Shown here: positions 13,354-24,770 of the stretch, one piece after another
Layout of the letters: each line of letters begins with the position of its first letter
How positions within the stretch are numbered: the stretch's first letter is position 1
Assembly (NCBI GenBank): GCA_043228905.1
Contig: JBHGNT010000001.1
Location: forward strand, 13,888,001 to 13,952,000
Origin: Azolla caroliniana
Taxonomy: Eukaryota; Plantae; Polypodiophyta
Direction: 5' to 3'
Length of the DNA stretch: 64,000 bases
Notes under the pieces: model-generated
The model's input: only the letters and a program-made list of their open reading frames with translations
What the model was told of the DNA's origin: nothing
Databases searched by the model: none
Program-made: the position numbers and the translations under genes

Positions 13354-16300
13354 TGTAAATGATTACTTGCGGAAGCGCTAGAAAACAGAGAAAGTAGGGA
13401 ATACACAGAGTACACCGGAGAGACAGAGAGAGCAGAAAGTAAAAGCTATATTCAAAACGATATAATCACTCTATATCTTACAACTGTGCTCAGTAGCACT
13501 ATTTATACAAGTCCTCATGGGACTGACAGAAGTACCACGTACTTCAATGCTCACACGAGCTTCTGACACTTACTACGAGACTATAATTGCCTAGTAGTCT
13601 AAACTAATACTAGGCTTCCGGTTACCGATTGGATCCGGCTAACCGGCTCCCCAGCTCACCGACTCTATTGCTTGCCGGCTTGGTTGCTCATGGCTTACCG
13701 ATCTGTCTCGCTTGCCGGCTCAGGCTTATTCAGCCGATCCAGCTCCAGTTGAGCTTGCCGCTCAACACTCCCCCTCAAGCTCAACTTGAGGTTGGATCCT
13801 AGTGTCAGTCTCTGTGGCAATCGGTTCTTCCAACCAACTTCGTTTGGCGTCGCTCCGCCTTGCTCGTGCTCCTCGTCCGGTCCGGTTCTGTTTTCCGCGA
13901 CCCCTCTTGTTCTGCTCGCCTCGACCTTCTCGGTCGGTATGTCTGCTCAATAGGCCCCTCTCAGCTCCTCCGCTGCTATGACTCCGGCGCTTGCCGATCC
14001 GTCGGTTCCTCCGTGATGGCCTCGACTTTCGCTGCATCCGTGTCTGCTTGGCCTCCAGTTCATTCGGTTCATTCGGATCCGTCTGTTGGTCCGAATCGGT
14101 TGTCCTTGATTCGTTCTAGCTCTTGTCCGAGTCGGTATCCTCCGACTCGTCTTTTGCCTTCACCACATCAGACCACGTCCGGGTCTTGGCCTTGCTTCCA
14201 TCCTCGTCTTCTTCAGTCTCCTTGTCTTCCCCTCTTCTGGTTCTTCCATTACCGGTGTCGGCAACAGTCTCTTTGCCTTTGCCCGTTTCGACGATGTCTT
14301 TGCCCCTTCTTCTCCCCCTCAAGTGCGGCACGTCGAGATGCTGAACACCAAGCATGTCGGCAAAGTGTTGCAACTTGTCCTATCCAAGCGGCTTGGTGAA
14401 GATATCGGCAACTTGCCGATCCGTGTGAACATACTGGAGTTCAACTTCACCGCTCAGGACCCGCTCACGCACAAAGTGATAATGCACTTCTATGTGCTTC
14501 GTGCGAGCGTGGAACACAGGGTTCTTGGCGAGCTGCATGCTGCTGATGTTATCACAATAAATCGGGATCGGGGTCGGTACCTCGATCCGCAAGTCTTGCA
14601 GCAGTCGCCAAAGCCAAATGGCTTCATAGGTGGCAAGGTAGCGCCACGATACTCAGCCTCAATGCTCGACAGAGGAATTGTTGGCTGCTTTTTGCTGCTC
14701 CACGCAACAGCCGCGCTACCAAGGGAAAACATGTAACCGGAGGTTGATCGGCGATCTGATGCATCGTCGGCCCAGTCGGCATCCGTGTAACCAAAGAGCT
14801 CTTCGGGTATACCTCGCCGGTATAACAGTCCCCGGTCCTTCGTGCTGCTGACATACTGCAATATCCTTTACGTGCACTGAAGGTGCTCCACAGTCGGCTG
14901 CTGCATGAACTGACTTATCATTCCGACCGGATAGCTGATGTCGGGTCGCGTGATAGTCAAGTAAATAAGGCTTCCGACAAATTGTCGGAACCGTTGCTCG
15001 TTGCAGGCCGATCCGGAGTCGGGATGAAGCTTCTAGTTCCGGTCCAGGGGTGTGGATACAAGTCTGCATTCTGTCATGCCAAACTTGTACACCATATTCA
15101 AGACGTAATGTCGTTGTGAGAGCAATATGCCGTCCGGGGTTCGGATCACTTCGATCCCTAGAAAATAATGAAGGTCCCCTAGATCCTTCATCTCAAATGC
15201 GTCCGACAACTTGGATTTGACCCAGTTGATTTCTGGAACACTCGGTCCGGTGATGACTAGATCATCAACATATAGCAGTATACATACCGGACCGGCTGAG
15301 CCTTGCCGGATGAACAATGAAGAGTTCGATTTGGAGGCCACAAACCCTATCTTATGCAACCGGTGCGTGATCTTCGCATTCCAAGCTCGAGGGGCTTGCT
15401 TCAGGCCGTACAACGACTTCTTCAACCGGCATACCGCCGACTTGTTCATCTCCGATTAAAAACTGGGAGGATGAGTCATAAAGACTTCTTCTTCAAGATC
15501 ACCTTGAAGAAATGCATTCTTCACATCCATCTGATGAAGATACCACCCCCTTGCCGCAACAACCACCAGCACCACTCGAACCGTCGTCATCTTCGCTATA
15601 GGAGCGAAGGTCTCGTCGTAGTCGATTCCGTGGGTCTGCGTGTACCCCTTCGCCACTAACCGGGCTTTATACCGGTTAACAGAACCGTCGGCGGTGTACT
15701 TTACCTTGTATATCCACTTGCATCGGATCGGTTTACAGTGACGAGGAGGGTCAACCAGGTCGCATGTCTTGTTGACATCAAGTGCCCGCATTTCTTCCTC
15801 CATAGCGGCACGCCAATTTGCGTCCTTGGTCGCTTCTGCTCCGGCTCACGCACTTCCGCCACTGTAGTCATGTACGCATAGTGATGCGCCATGTACTCAT
15901 TGTACCCATACCGCTTGATGGGATCCTTCTAGAGGGTGGACCGGCGTAATTCACCGTTACCCGGTTTGAGGCCCTTCTTGGCCAGTTTGGTCTTCGTTGC
16001 CGAAGATCCGCCTTTCTCCTTGCCGGAGTTGGATACACACCGATCCGACTCATCGTTGCCGGTTTCGAATTCCGGCATCTTCTTCTTCCCCTTCTCTTTG
16101 CGCGTGAACCGTCTCCTCGGTTCCTTGCGCGGGGAGTGCACGACAGAGTCTCCACTACTCGTTGGTTCCTCATCGGACTGGGCAGATTGACTCAGTCTCT
16201 CGTTCGGCCTGCTCAACCGGAATGATTCCGGACTCTCATCCTGAGTTCACGCTTCATCATCCTCTACCTGGGCCGGTTCAGGCCCACTAGCCTCATCCTC

Positions 16301-18877
16301 CAGCATCAGGTCAGATTCGGAAGCCGGAGTCGGTAAGGAGTACCACGATGCCAATTCATCAAACTTGACATCCCGACTAACTCGGACTTGCCTTGTCCGG
16401 GGGTTATAACACTTATAACCCTTTTGCTCTTGAGCATAGCCGACTAAGATGCATTTTTCCGATTTTGCATCCAGCTTCCTCCGCTTCTCATCCGGTACAT
16501 GCACATATGCAATGCTACCGAAGATCTTGAGGTGTCTCAAATTCGGCTTCCGCCCGAAATACAGCTCGTGAGCTGACAGCTTGTCACCGATCCAGTTCTG
16601 GATGTAGACAACCATTCAGACTGCCTCCGCTCAGTAGAATTTGGGCATGCTCTTCTCCTCTAGCATTGCCCTTGCCGCATCAATAAGCGACCGGTTCTTC
16701 CTTTCGGCAACACCATTCTATTGCGGTGTGTATTTGCAGCTGAACTCTCGCCGAATTCCCGTTTGCTGCAGATAATTGTTGAATTGGCCGGAAAAGTATT
16801 CTTTCCCACCATCTGACCGCAGGCATTTGATCTTTCTCTCCGATTCCCGTTCCACCATGCTTTGGAGACTCCGGAAACACTCGAAGACTTCACTCTTCCG
16901 CTCGATGAGGTAGATCCATGTGTGCCGCGTATAGTCGTCGATGAAGGAGACGAAATATCGACTCCCGCTAAGACTAACATTTTGTGCCGGTCCCCACACA
17001 TCCGAATGGATAAGGTCGAGCTTGTTACGGCTCCGGGTACGTTCGGTAGGGAATGGAAGCCGGTGTTGTTTCCCGAGTTGGTAGGCTTCACATACTTCGG
17101 CCTTCCGGCCGTTGAACTTCGGCAAACCGAAAACAACTTGTTTCGTTTGCAAGTCATGAAGCCTCCGGTAATTGACGTGGCCTATCCGCTTGTGCCACAA
17201 GTGAATGTCCGATTCGACCTTCTGTCCTTTTGCAAACAGAGCGGTGCCAATGTCATTGGTGTCGAGGATAAACATCCTCCCGTCTCTGCGCCCTTGCGCA
17301 ATAATCTGGCCCTCTTCCTCGATGAAGCACCCGAGGTGCGTAAACCGCACCTGCATCCCCTGGTTGACGATCTGTCAAACCGACACCAGGTTCTTCGTGA
17401 TTGTCGGAACGTGTAATACGTTCATCAGCTTCCCCTTCTGTCCGACGTGGCTCAAAGGGACTTCTCCGACGTGCACGATTGGGTGAGGAGTGTCGTCTCC
17501 GGTTTCGACTACTCCTGGTTGATCTGGTTTCTCCAAAAAGGAGAACCACTCTTTGTGGCTCGTCATGTGGTTCGACGCACCAGAATCAACATACCACACT
17601 TCCTCCGATTTGGAAGTGGTCTTCTTCATCGAGTTCGCCTCATGCTTCATTACCAAGGCTGGCCCATTATCGTTCTTGGATCCTCCCGATCCCTTCGCGT
17701 AGTGCGAGCTTTGTCGGGTCCAGATTTGTCCGAATCGGCGCGCTTTCTCCAGCACTCGCTTTCTCTGTGGCCCTTCTTGCCACAGAGAAAGCATTCCGTT
17801 GCAAATTTGTCTTGCCGGCCTCTAGCACCGCCTTGACTCCCCCTGCCTGTGGAAGTCTCGGAATTGTTGTTAGTACGTGCTCTGTGCCTTCGTTCTTGCT
17901 CTTGCCGGCCGCCTCCATTGCGTGCCAACCTGCCTCGTCCACCACGCCCACGGGACCGATCCGCCTCCGAGTACAGCATCCGGCTGTCAGTGGGTGCGCT
18001 AGTTGACGCACCAGCGTGGTTCTCCTCTACAAGGAGCATCGACTGTAAGTCGAAAAATGACGGCGTATTCTCCCTTGTACACACCGCCGTTCGGAACACT
18101 TTGAACTTAGACGCCAGGCCCCCAAGACAGACCTGTACCATCTCCGTCTCGGATGTGGCTCAACAGCTGGTCTCCGACACTGGACGCGAAGTAGTACATC
18201 ACTGGGAAGTCCTTATGCGCCGCATCAGGTGCTGTTTTGTTGGCTCCTTCGACGAAACTCCAATAACCATGCCCAAGCAGGTACTGGTGCATCTTATACG
18301 ACCAAGATGCATAGTTGGATCTGTCGAGTTTCTCCACAGGGAGCGAGCTAGCCATCCCTCTATCCATCACTTCTCCGTCTGCTGTTTTACGACTTGTTAG
18401 GGTTTGCTTTCAAGCGTTTGTTGGTTGCAGAGGAGGTTCTCAACCCTCGCGCTCTGATACCATGTAAACGATTACTTGCGGAAGCGCTAGAAAACAGAGA
18501 AAGTAGGGAATACACAGAGCACACCGGAGAGACAGAGAGAGCAGAACGTAAAAGCTATATTCAAAACGATATAATCACTCTATATCTTACAACTGTGCTC
18601 AGTAGCACTATTTACACAAGTCCTCATGGGACTGACAGAAGTACCGCGTACTTCAATGCTCACACGAGCTTCTGACACTTACTACGAGACTATAATTTGC
18701 CTAGTAGTCTATACTAATACTAGGCTTCCAGTTACCGATTGGATCCGGCTAACCGGCTCCTTAGCTCACCAGCTCTGTTGCTTGCCGGCTTGGTTGCTCA
18801 CGGCTTACCGATCCGTCTCGCTTGCCGGCTCGGGCTTATTCAGCCGATCCGGCTCCAGTTGAGCTTGCCGCTCAACA
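13354..18877 (-). mobile_element. Full-length but decayed Ty1/Copia LTR retrotransposon (Copia-A)
   Basis: LTRs 13354-13767 and 18463-18877 (TG...CA, ~4% divergent by eye); TSD AAGCA; tRNA-iMet PBS 18451-18462; PPT at 13768-13779. Gag CCHC knuckle, protease VDSGAS, integrase, RT LYVDD and RNase H present with stops, frameshifts and gag deletions. Confidence 0.95.
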
Positions 18878-19242
18878 AAGCACCCAAATATCTGAGATAT
18901 GCTCCCTAAACCCTAACAAACCTGTGAGATTGGAGGAAGACCAGAAACCTGACATGGATGTCTAAGATGAAGAGCTCAAAGGGATAGAGGAAGAGGAGTT
19001 GGTTTGAGGGGAAGCGCCAAAAAACGACGTGAGGGGAAAATAGCCCCCAAAATGGAAAGAACATCTCCTCATGTGTTCCCCCCCACTCCTTGTCTTAAAT
19101 GTCACTTGTACTACGCTTACTCCACTCCCCAAAATCGATTTTTCTTTTCTCTGATTTTTTTTCTCAATTATTTAGTACTAACAGTATCGAAAGGAATGGC
19201 ATTTTTTGTGGCCAAAAACTGTACTTTTCTGGTACACGGTAA

Positions 19243-22200
19243 TGTTGCAAACAATGCTCGGCCACAACCGAGGAATGGGATCAACTCACAGAAAACAGGA
19301 AATACAAAATGCACAAAACAATAGAGAGAAAGGTACACTGGATGTTTTGCGTGAAAAACCCTAAATGGGAAAAAACCACGGGAGTCCTCAAACTCCAACT
19401 ATCACTATGAACAGGGATGTACACTGGTGAAGCTACAAGGCAACAACCTTGAGCTCACTGTCTTCGCCACAGGCGGCGGCAATACACAGAGGCAACGACC
19501 TCTTCGTCTCTCTCTCTCTCTCTCTCTCTCTCGGCTGCTCTCACTTCGCATAAAAAATTAAGCAACAACAAAAAACTGTTTGCCCCAAGTCATATTTATA
19601 CATATATGACTTTCGGGCTATTTACAAGTATAGCCTCAAGGGCCCTTGGCAAACATATTCACAAATATGTCTCCGCATCCGGATCTCTCTCCGAGTACAT
19701 ACGTCATCCGGCTCCGTAACCGGGGTCTTCAGCATCCGGCTCCGTAACCGGGGTCTTCATCATCCGGCTCCGTAACCGGGGTCTTCATCATCCGGATCCG
19801 CAGCCGGGTACTCAGCATCCGGCTTCATGTCGGGTACTCTTCATCATATGGTTCCGTAACAGCCTCCGGGCTTGCCGTCATTCATCTCCGAACATCCCAT
19901 CCGGAGGGACCGAAATCCCAACAAACTCCCCCTTCACTTCGGCATGGGATGTCTCTCCAACCCGATCCTCTTCCGGCATCCTTCCAGCTTGTCAGTTGTG
20001 AGCACCTTGGTCAGCATATCCGACCCGTTGTCGTCCGTGTGGATCTTCGTCAGCACGAACTCCTTGTCTTCTATCCTTTCCCGGATCCAGTGGTATCTAC
20101 GCTGGATGTGTTTCGTCCGGGAATGGTAGGCCGCGTTCTTTGCAAGGTGGATGGCACTCTGACTATCGCAGTAGAGTCGATACTCCTCCTGCCGGATACC
20201 GAGCTCTCTAATGAAGTCCTTCATCCATATCATTTCCTTGCCGGCTTCAACAGCCGCCATGTACTCCGCCTCCGTGGTTGACAGCGCAACCGTCTTCTGC
20301 AGCCTCGACTGCCATGAAACAGCTCCCCCTGCATACGTCATCACATACCCTGATGTGGACCGGCTGGTATCTGCATCAGCCGACATATCCGAATCGGTAA
20401 AGCCGTCGAGTTCGGGCTTTCCGGAGCCGAATCGGAGGCACACGTTTGCCGTGCCCTTCAGGTATCGGAGTATCCACTTGGCCGCGTTCCAATGCTCTTT
20501 GCCGGGATTGCTCATGTACCGGCTCACCGCTCCGACTGCATATCCGATGTCCGGTCTCGTACACACCATGGCGTACATCAAGCTCCCGACGGCTGAGGCA
20601 TACGGCACTTTCATCATATCCTCCTTTTCAGCCTTTGTCTTGGGACTTTGCTTGCTGGACAGCTTGCAGTTTGTCGGGAGGGTCGACCCGACCGGTCTCG
20701 CTTCCGACATGTTGAACCGGTGAAGCACCTTCGTCACGTACTTCTCCTGTGACAGCCACAACTGCTTCTTCTTCCGGTCCCGGATGATGTGCATCCCTAG
20801 TATTTGCCTCGCCGGACCCAGGTCCTTCATTGAGAAGGTTCGGTGAAGAGCCTTCTTCAGCATCCGTATCTTGACCTGGTCCCGTCCGACGATCAACATG
20901 TCGTCCACGTACAGGAGGAGTATTAGAGAGTCTCCTCCTTCGAATTTCTTCACAAACACGCAGTGGTCGGACTGCGTTTTGAGGTACCCTTCGTCGGTCA
21001 TGAAGGAGTCGAACTTCCGGTACCATTGCCGGGGAGCCTGCTTCAGTCCGTAAAGGCTCTTCTTCAACCGGCATACCAGGTGCTCCTTCCCTTTCTTCTC
21101 GAATCCTTCCGGTTGCTGCATGTAGATCTCTTCTTCGAGGTCACCGTGAAGGAATGCCGTCTTCACGTCCATCTGTTCTACCTCGAGGTCCGTGCTTGCC
21201 GCTATGCTCAGCACCGTCCGGATGGAGGTCATCTTCACTACCGGGGCAAATATCTCGTCGAAGTCGACGCCCTTCTTCTGCTGAAACCCCTTCACCACGA
21301 TCCTGGCTTTGTATCTCGGGGGGTTTCCGGCATCTCCCGGTTTCAGCTTGAACACCCACTTGTTACGGAGTGCCCGTTTTCCTTTCGGCAACTCCACCAG
21401 TTCATATGTGTGGTTCTCATGCAGGGAATCCATCTCGTCCTGCATGGCACTCAACCACCTGCTGCTCTGGGTGTCATGCTTTGCTTCTTCAAAGCTCTCC
21501 GGCTCCCCCTCGTCGGTTAGCAGCACGTGCTCTGGTTCCGGAAATCTCCGGGGGGCCCTTCTCTCTCTTAGAGGATATCTCCGTTCCGGAGCTTCGGTAA
21601 CCGGTTCTTCCGATTCTTCTTCTTCATCCGAATCCATTTCGGGATCGGGGCCGGTTCCGGTATCATTTTCATCTTCTTCGGCCGGTTCTGTTTCTTCACC
21701 GTCTTCGGCCGGATCCTCGAGTGCTAACCGGTCCCTTGCCGGTCGGGACTGCTCCTCGTAGAGTTGATCCTCACCAGTCGACTTGGAGCTCTTCATCTTC
21801 TTCTCCGACTCCCAGTCGGCGAGTGTCTTGTTCTCCATGAAGATGATATCACGACTCCGGAATATCTTCTTGTCAACCGGGTCCCATACTCGGTAGCCGA
21901 ACTCGTCGTCGCCGTAACCGAGGAATATGCATGGCCGGGTCTTTGGATCTAGCTTTCCTCTCCGGTCCTTTGCCACATGCACGTATGCAAGACACCCGAA
22001 CACCTTCAGATGCCGGTAGGATACTTCCCTACCGGTCCACACTCTCTGCGGCGTGTCTCCGTCCAAAGGTACTGAGGGTGATCTGTTTATCACATATGTC
22101 GCCGTCGACATCGCCTCAGCCCAAAACCCCTTGGGTAATTTCGCATGCGCCAGCATACTCCGGACCCTCTCCATTATGGTCCGGTTCATCCTCTCGGCCA

Positions 22201-24750
22201 GCCCGTTCAGTTCCGGCGTCTTCGGCACAGTAAACTCGAGCCGGATTCCCTTCGAGCGACAGTACTCCTGGAACTGCCCCCGGTATTCCCCTCCGTTATC
22301 CGCTCGTATCGCTTTCAGCTTCTTGCCGGATTCTCTTTCCACTCTCGCGTGGAGTTCTTTGAAGACGGACAACACTTGGTCCTTTGTCTTCAACGGTGCC
22401 GTCCACAGCTTCCGGCTGTGATCATCAATGAATGTCACGAAGTACTGGGCTCCGCCATGTGACTTCGTTTCTACCTGACACACATCAGTGTGCACCAGCT
22501 CCAATGGTGCGCTACGTCTCGTCGGTGGCCTTGAGTGGAAGGAGGTCCGGTTTTGCTTACCAGCCAGGCAGTCGGTGCACTTCTCCAGGTGCACATGCTT
22601 CACTGGAATAAGGTTGTCTTCTGCAAGCCTCTTCATCCCCTTCTCACTCATGTGGCACAGTCTTTTGTGCCACAGCTCACCGGCAGTGTCGGCTGCCACA
22701 TTCAGCTCTTCCGGACATAACCGGGCATTCATCAGGTATAGTGTGTTGACCTTCCGGGCCCGGGCCACTATCAGGCTCCCCTTGCTAAACTTCATTACGC
22801 CGTTCCGGATGCTACCTGTGTAGCCTTCATCGTCTAGCCTCCCGGCCGAAATCAGGTTCAATCGAACCTCCGGAACGTGTCTGACATCCTTCAGCAGCAT
22901 TTTGCATCCGGTCGGGGTTGTTAACCACACGTCTCCTATGCCGGCAATCCGGCATGTACCTTCATTTCCCATCCGGACACAGCCGTGCTCACCGGCTGTG
23001 TAGGATGAGAAGTATTTCTTCTCCGGGGTCAGGTGGATCGACGCTCCGGAATCGACCACCCAGGTCATCTCTACGCCGGCAAGGTTCAGCTCCCTCTCTT
23101 CGGTAATGAGCATGATTTCTTCTTCACTTGCCGCGAGTGCCGTCGTTCCTTTCCGGTCCTGCCCTCGCCGATCCGGACCTCTCCGGTCCGTGGCTCCCCG
23201 GTATGCACCGTTTCTCTCCGGTGACTTCTTCGAATCGGTGTCGTCGGCTCCGTTGTCTTTTCGGTAATGCCGACAATTCTTCCGGAAGTGCCCCGTCTTC
23301 CCACAGTGGAAGCATGTGGGCCTTCCTCTTGACTGCGACCGGGTCCCCGACTTCTCCCGTCTTTGCGGACTCCGGTTCCGATGTCTTCCCCATTCCGATT
23401 CGGTAAGCAGCGCCTTCGAGTCGGAGGCCGGTTCTTTATCTCTCCGACGCGCTTCTTCGTTCAAAATGCTTGTCTTTACCGTTTGTAGAGACAAGTTATC
23501 TTCGGTGCAGGAGGTGCTGAGAGTCACCACCAAGTTCTCCCAGCTTTCCGGCAATGTACACATCAGAATGATGGCTTGCATTGCATCCTCCAACGGGAAC
23601 TTGATCGCCGCAAGCTGGTTCACGAATCCCATGAACGTGCTCACGTGTTCCACCATACTCTCGCCGTCCCGGTACTTGAGGTTCACTATCTTTCTCATCA
23701 GGGAGGTCCGGTTCAACGCATTCTTCCTCTCGTAGAGGCCCGACAGCTTCCTCCACATCTCATATGCGTTGGTGTCGTTCGCCACGTGTTGTAGAACGCT
23801 CACGTCGACGTATTGCCGAATGGTTGCAACGGCTTTCCGGTTCAGAAGCCTCCACTCCGTCTCAAGTACCCCCTTGGGTATTTCCGACCTGTCGATCGGT
23901 TCATACAGGTCCCGAACAATGAGCAGATCCTCCATCTTTATCTTCCAGTCGGCGTAGTTCTGCGCGTTCAGCACCATCATCCCCGGCTGCCCGCTGCTGC
24001 CGCCTTCCATTTTCTGTGTTACCGTCGCTCTGATACCACTTTGTTGCAAACAATGCTCGGCCACAACCGAGGAATGGGATCAACTCACAGAAAACAGGAA
24101 ATACAAAATGCACAAAACAATAGAGAGAAAGGTACACTGGATGTTTTGCGTGAAAAACCCTAAATGGGAAAAAACCACGGGAGTCCTCAAACTCCAACTA
24201 TCACTATGAACAGGGATGTACACTGGTGAAGCTACAAGGCAACAACCTTGAGCTCACTGTCTTCGCCACAGGCGGCGGCAATACACAGAGGCAACGACCT
24301 CTTCGTCTCTCTCTCTCTCTCTCTCTCTCTCGGCTGCTCTCACTTCGCATAAAAAATTAAGCAACAACAAAAAACTGTTTGCCCCAAGTCATATTTATAC
24401 ATATATGACTTTCGGGCTATTTACAAGTATAGCCTCAAGGGCCCTTGGCAAACATATTCACAAATATGTCTCCGCATCCGGATCTCTCTCCGAGTACATA
24501 CGTCATCCGGCTCCGTAACCGGGGTCTTCAGCATCCGGCTCCGTAACCGGGGTCTTCAGCATCCGGCTCCGTAACCGGGGTCTTCATCATCCGGCTCCGT
24601 AACCGGGGTCTTCATCATCCGGATCCGCAGCCGGGTACTCAGCATCCGGCTTCATGCCGGGTACTCTTCATCATATGGTTCCGTAACAGCCTCCGGGCTT
24701 GCCGTCATTCATCTCCGAACATCCCATCCGGAGGGACCGAAATCCCAACA
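19243..24750 (-). mobile_element. Intact, very young Ty1/Copia LTR retrotransposon (Copia-B)
   Basis: LTRs 19243-19923 and 24042-24750 near-identical; TSD GGTAA (19238-19242, 24751-24755); tRNA-iMet PBS 24027-24038; PPT next to 19924; single uninterrupted ORF. Confidence 0.97.
19934..24010 (-). CDS. Copia Gag-Pol polyprotein (1358 aa from first ATG after the PBS)
   Basis: CFHCGKTGHFRKNC knuckle; WVVDSGAS protease; HxxxxH/CxxC and DDE integrase; LYVDD RT; RNase H; PR-INT-RT-RH order. Confidence 0.95.
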   Translation of the reverse strand: MEGGSSGQPGMMVLNAQNYADWKIKMEDLLIVRDLYEPIDRSEIPKGVLETEWRLLNRKAVATIRQYVDVSVLQHVANDTNAYEMWRKLSGLYERKNALNRTSLMRKIVNLKYRDGESMVEHVSTFMGFVNQLAAIKFPLEDAMQAIILMCTLPESWENLVVTLSTSCTEDNLSLQTVKTSILNEEARRRDKEPASDSKALLTESEWGRHRNRSPQRREKSGTRSQSRGRPTCFHCGKTGHFRKNCRHYRKDNGADDTDSKKSPERNGAYRGATDRRGPDRRGQDRKGTTALAASEEEIMLITEERELNLAGVEMTWVVDSGASIHLTPEKKYFSSYTAGEHGCVRMGNEGTCRIAGIGDVWLTTPTGCKMLLKDVRHVPEVRLNLISAGRLDDEGYTGSIRNGVMKFSKGSLIVARARKVNTLYLMNARLCPEELNVAADTAGELWHKRLCHMSEKGMKRLAEDNLIPVKHVHLEKCTDCLAGKQNRTSFHSRPPTRRSAPLELVHTDVCQVETKSHGGAQYFVTFIDDHSRKLWTAPLKTKDQVLSVFKELHARVERESGKKLKAIRADNGGEYRGQFQEYCRSKGIRLEFTVPKTPELNGLAERMNRTIMERVRSMLAHAKLPKGFWAEAMSTATYVINRSPSVPLDGDTPQRVWTGREVSYRHLKVFGCLAYVHVAKDRRGKLDPKTRPCIFLGYGDDEFGYRVWDPVDKKIFRSRDIIFMENKTLADWESEKKMKSSKSTGEDQLYEEQSRPARDRLALEDPAEDGEETEPAEEDENDTGTGPDPEMDSDEEEESEEPVTEAPERRYPLRERRAPRRFPEPEHVLLTDEGEPESFEEAKHDTQSSRWLSAMQDEMDSLHENHTYELVELPKGKRALRNKWVFKLKPGDAGNPPRYKARIVVKGFQQKKGVDFDEIFAPVVKMTSIRTVLSIAASTDLEVEQMDVKTAFLHGDLEEEIYMQQPEGFEKKGKEHLVCRLKKSLYGLKQAPRQWYRKFDSFMTDEGYLKTQSDHCVFVKKFEGGDSLILLLYVDDMLIVGRDQVKIRMLKKALHRTFSMKDLGPARQILGMHIIRDRKKKQLWLSQEKYVTKVLHRFNMSEARPVGSTLPTNCKLSSKQSPKTKAEKEDMMKVPYASAVGSLMYAMVCTRPDIGYAVGAVSRYMSNPGKEHWNAAKWILRYLKGTANVCLRFGSGKPELDGFTDSDMSADADTSRSTSGYVMTYAGGAVSWQSRLQKTVALSTTEAEYMAAVEAGKEMIWMKDFIRELGIRQEEYRLYCDSQSAIHLAKNAAYHSRTKHIQRRYHWIRERIEDKEFVLTKIHTDDNGSDMLTKVLTTDKLEGCRKRIGLERHPMPK

Positions 24751-24755
24751 GGTAA

Positions 24756-24770
24756 CGTGCTTCCACCCTA
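24756..24770 (-). mobile_element. Putative outermost terminus of Sola-like element 2, cut off from its body by Copia-B
   Basis: Old copia gag homology stops at ~24771. Minus strand then reads TAGGGTGGAAGCACG-TTACC-[Copia-B]-GTGTACCAGAAAAG and resembles the element 1 end GAGAGTGGAAACA. Confidence 0.5.

Noticed and set aside
19168-19398. Duplicated small ORFs (MEFEDSRG..., MIKNLYIN..., 18394-18862)
   Set aside because: They lie in LTRs; duplication simply reflects LTR pairs.
19872-24197. Many overlapping antisense and alternate-frame ORFs over Copia-B (also over the other pol genes)
   Set aside because: Shadow ORFs expected from GC-rich coding sequence; no motifs.
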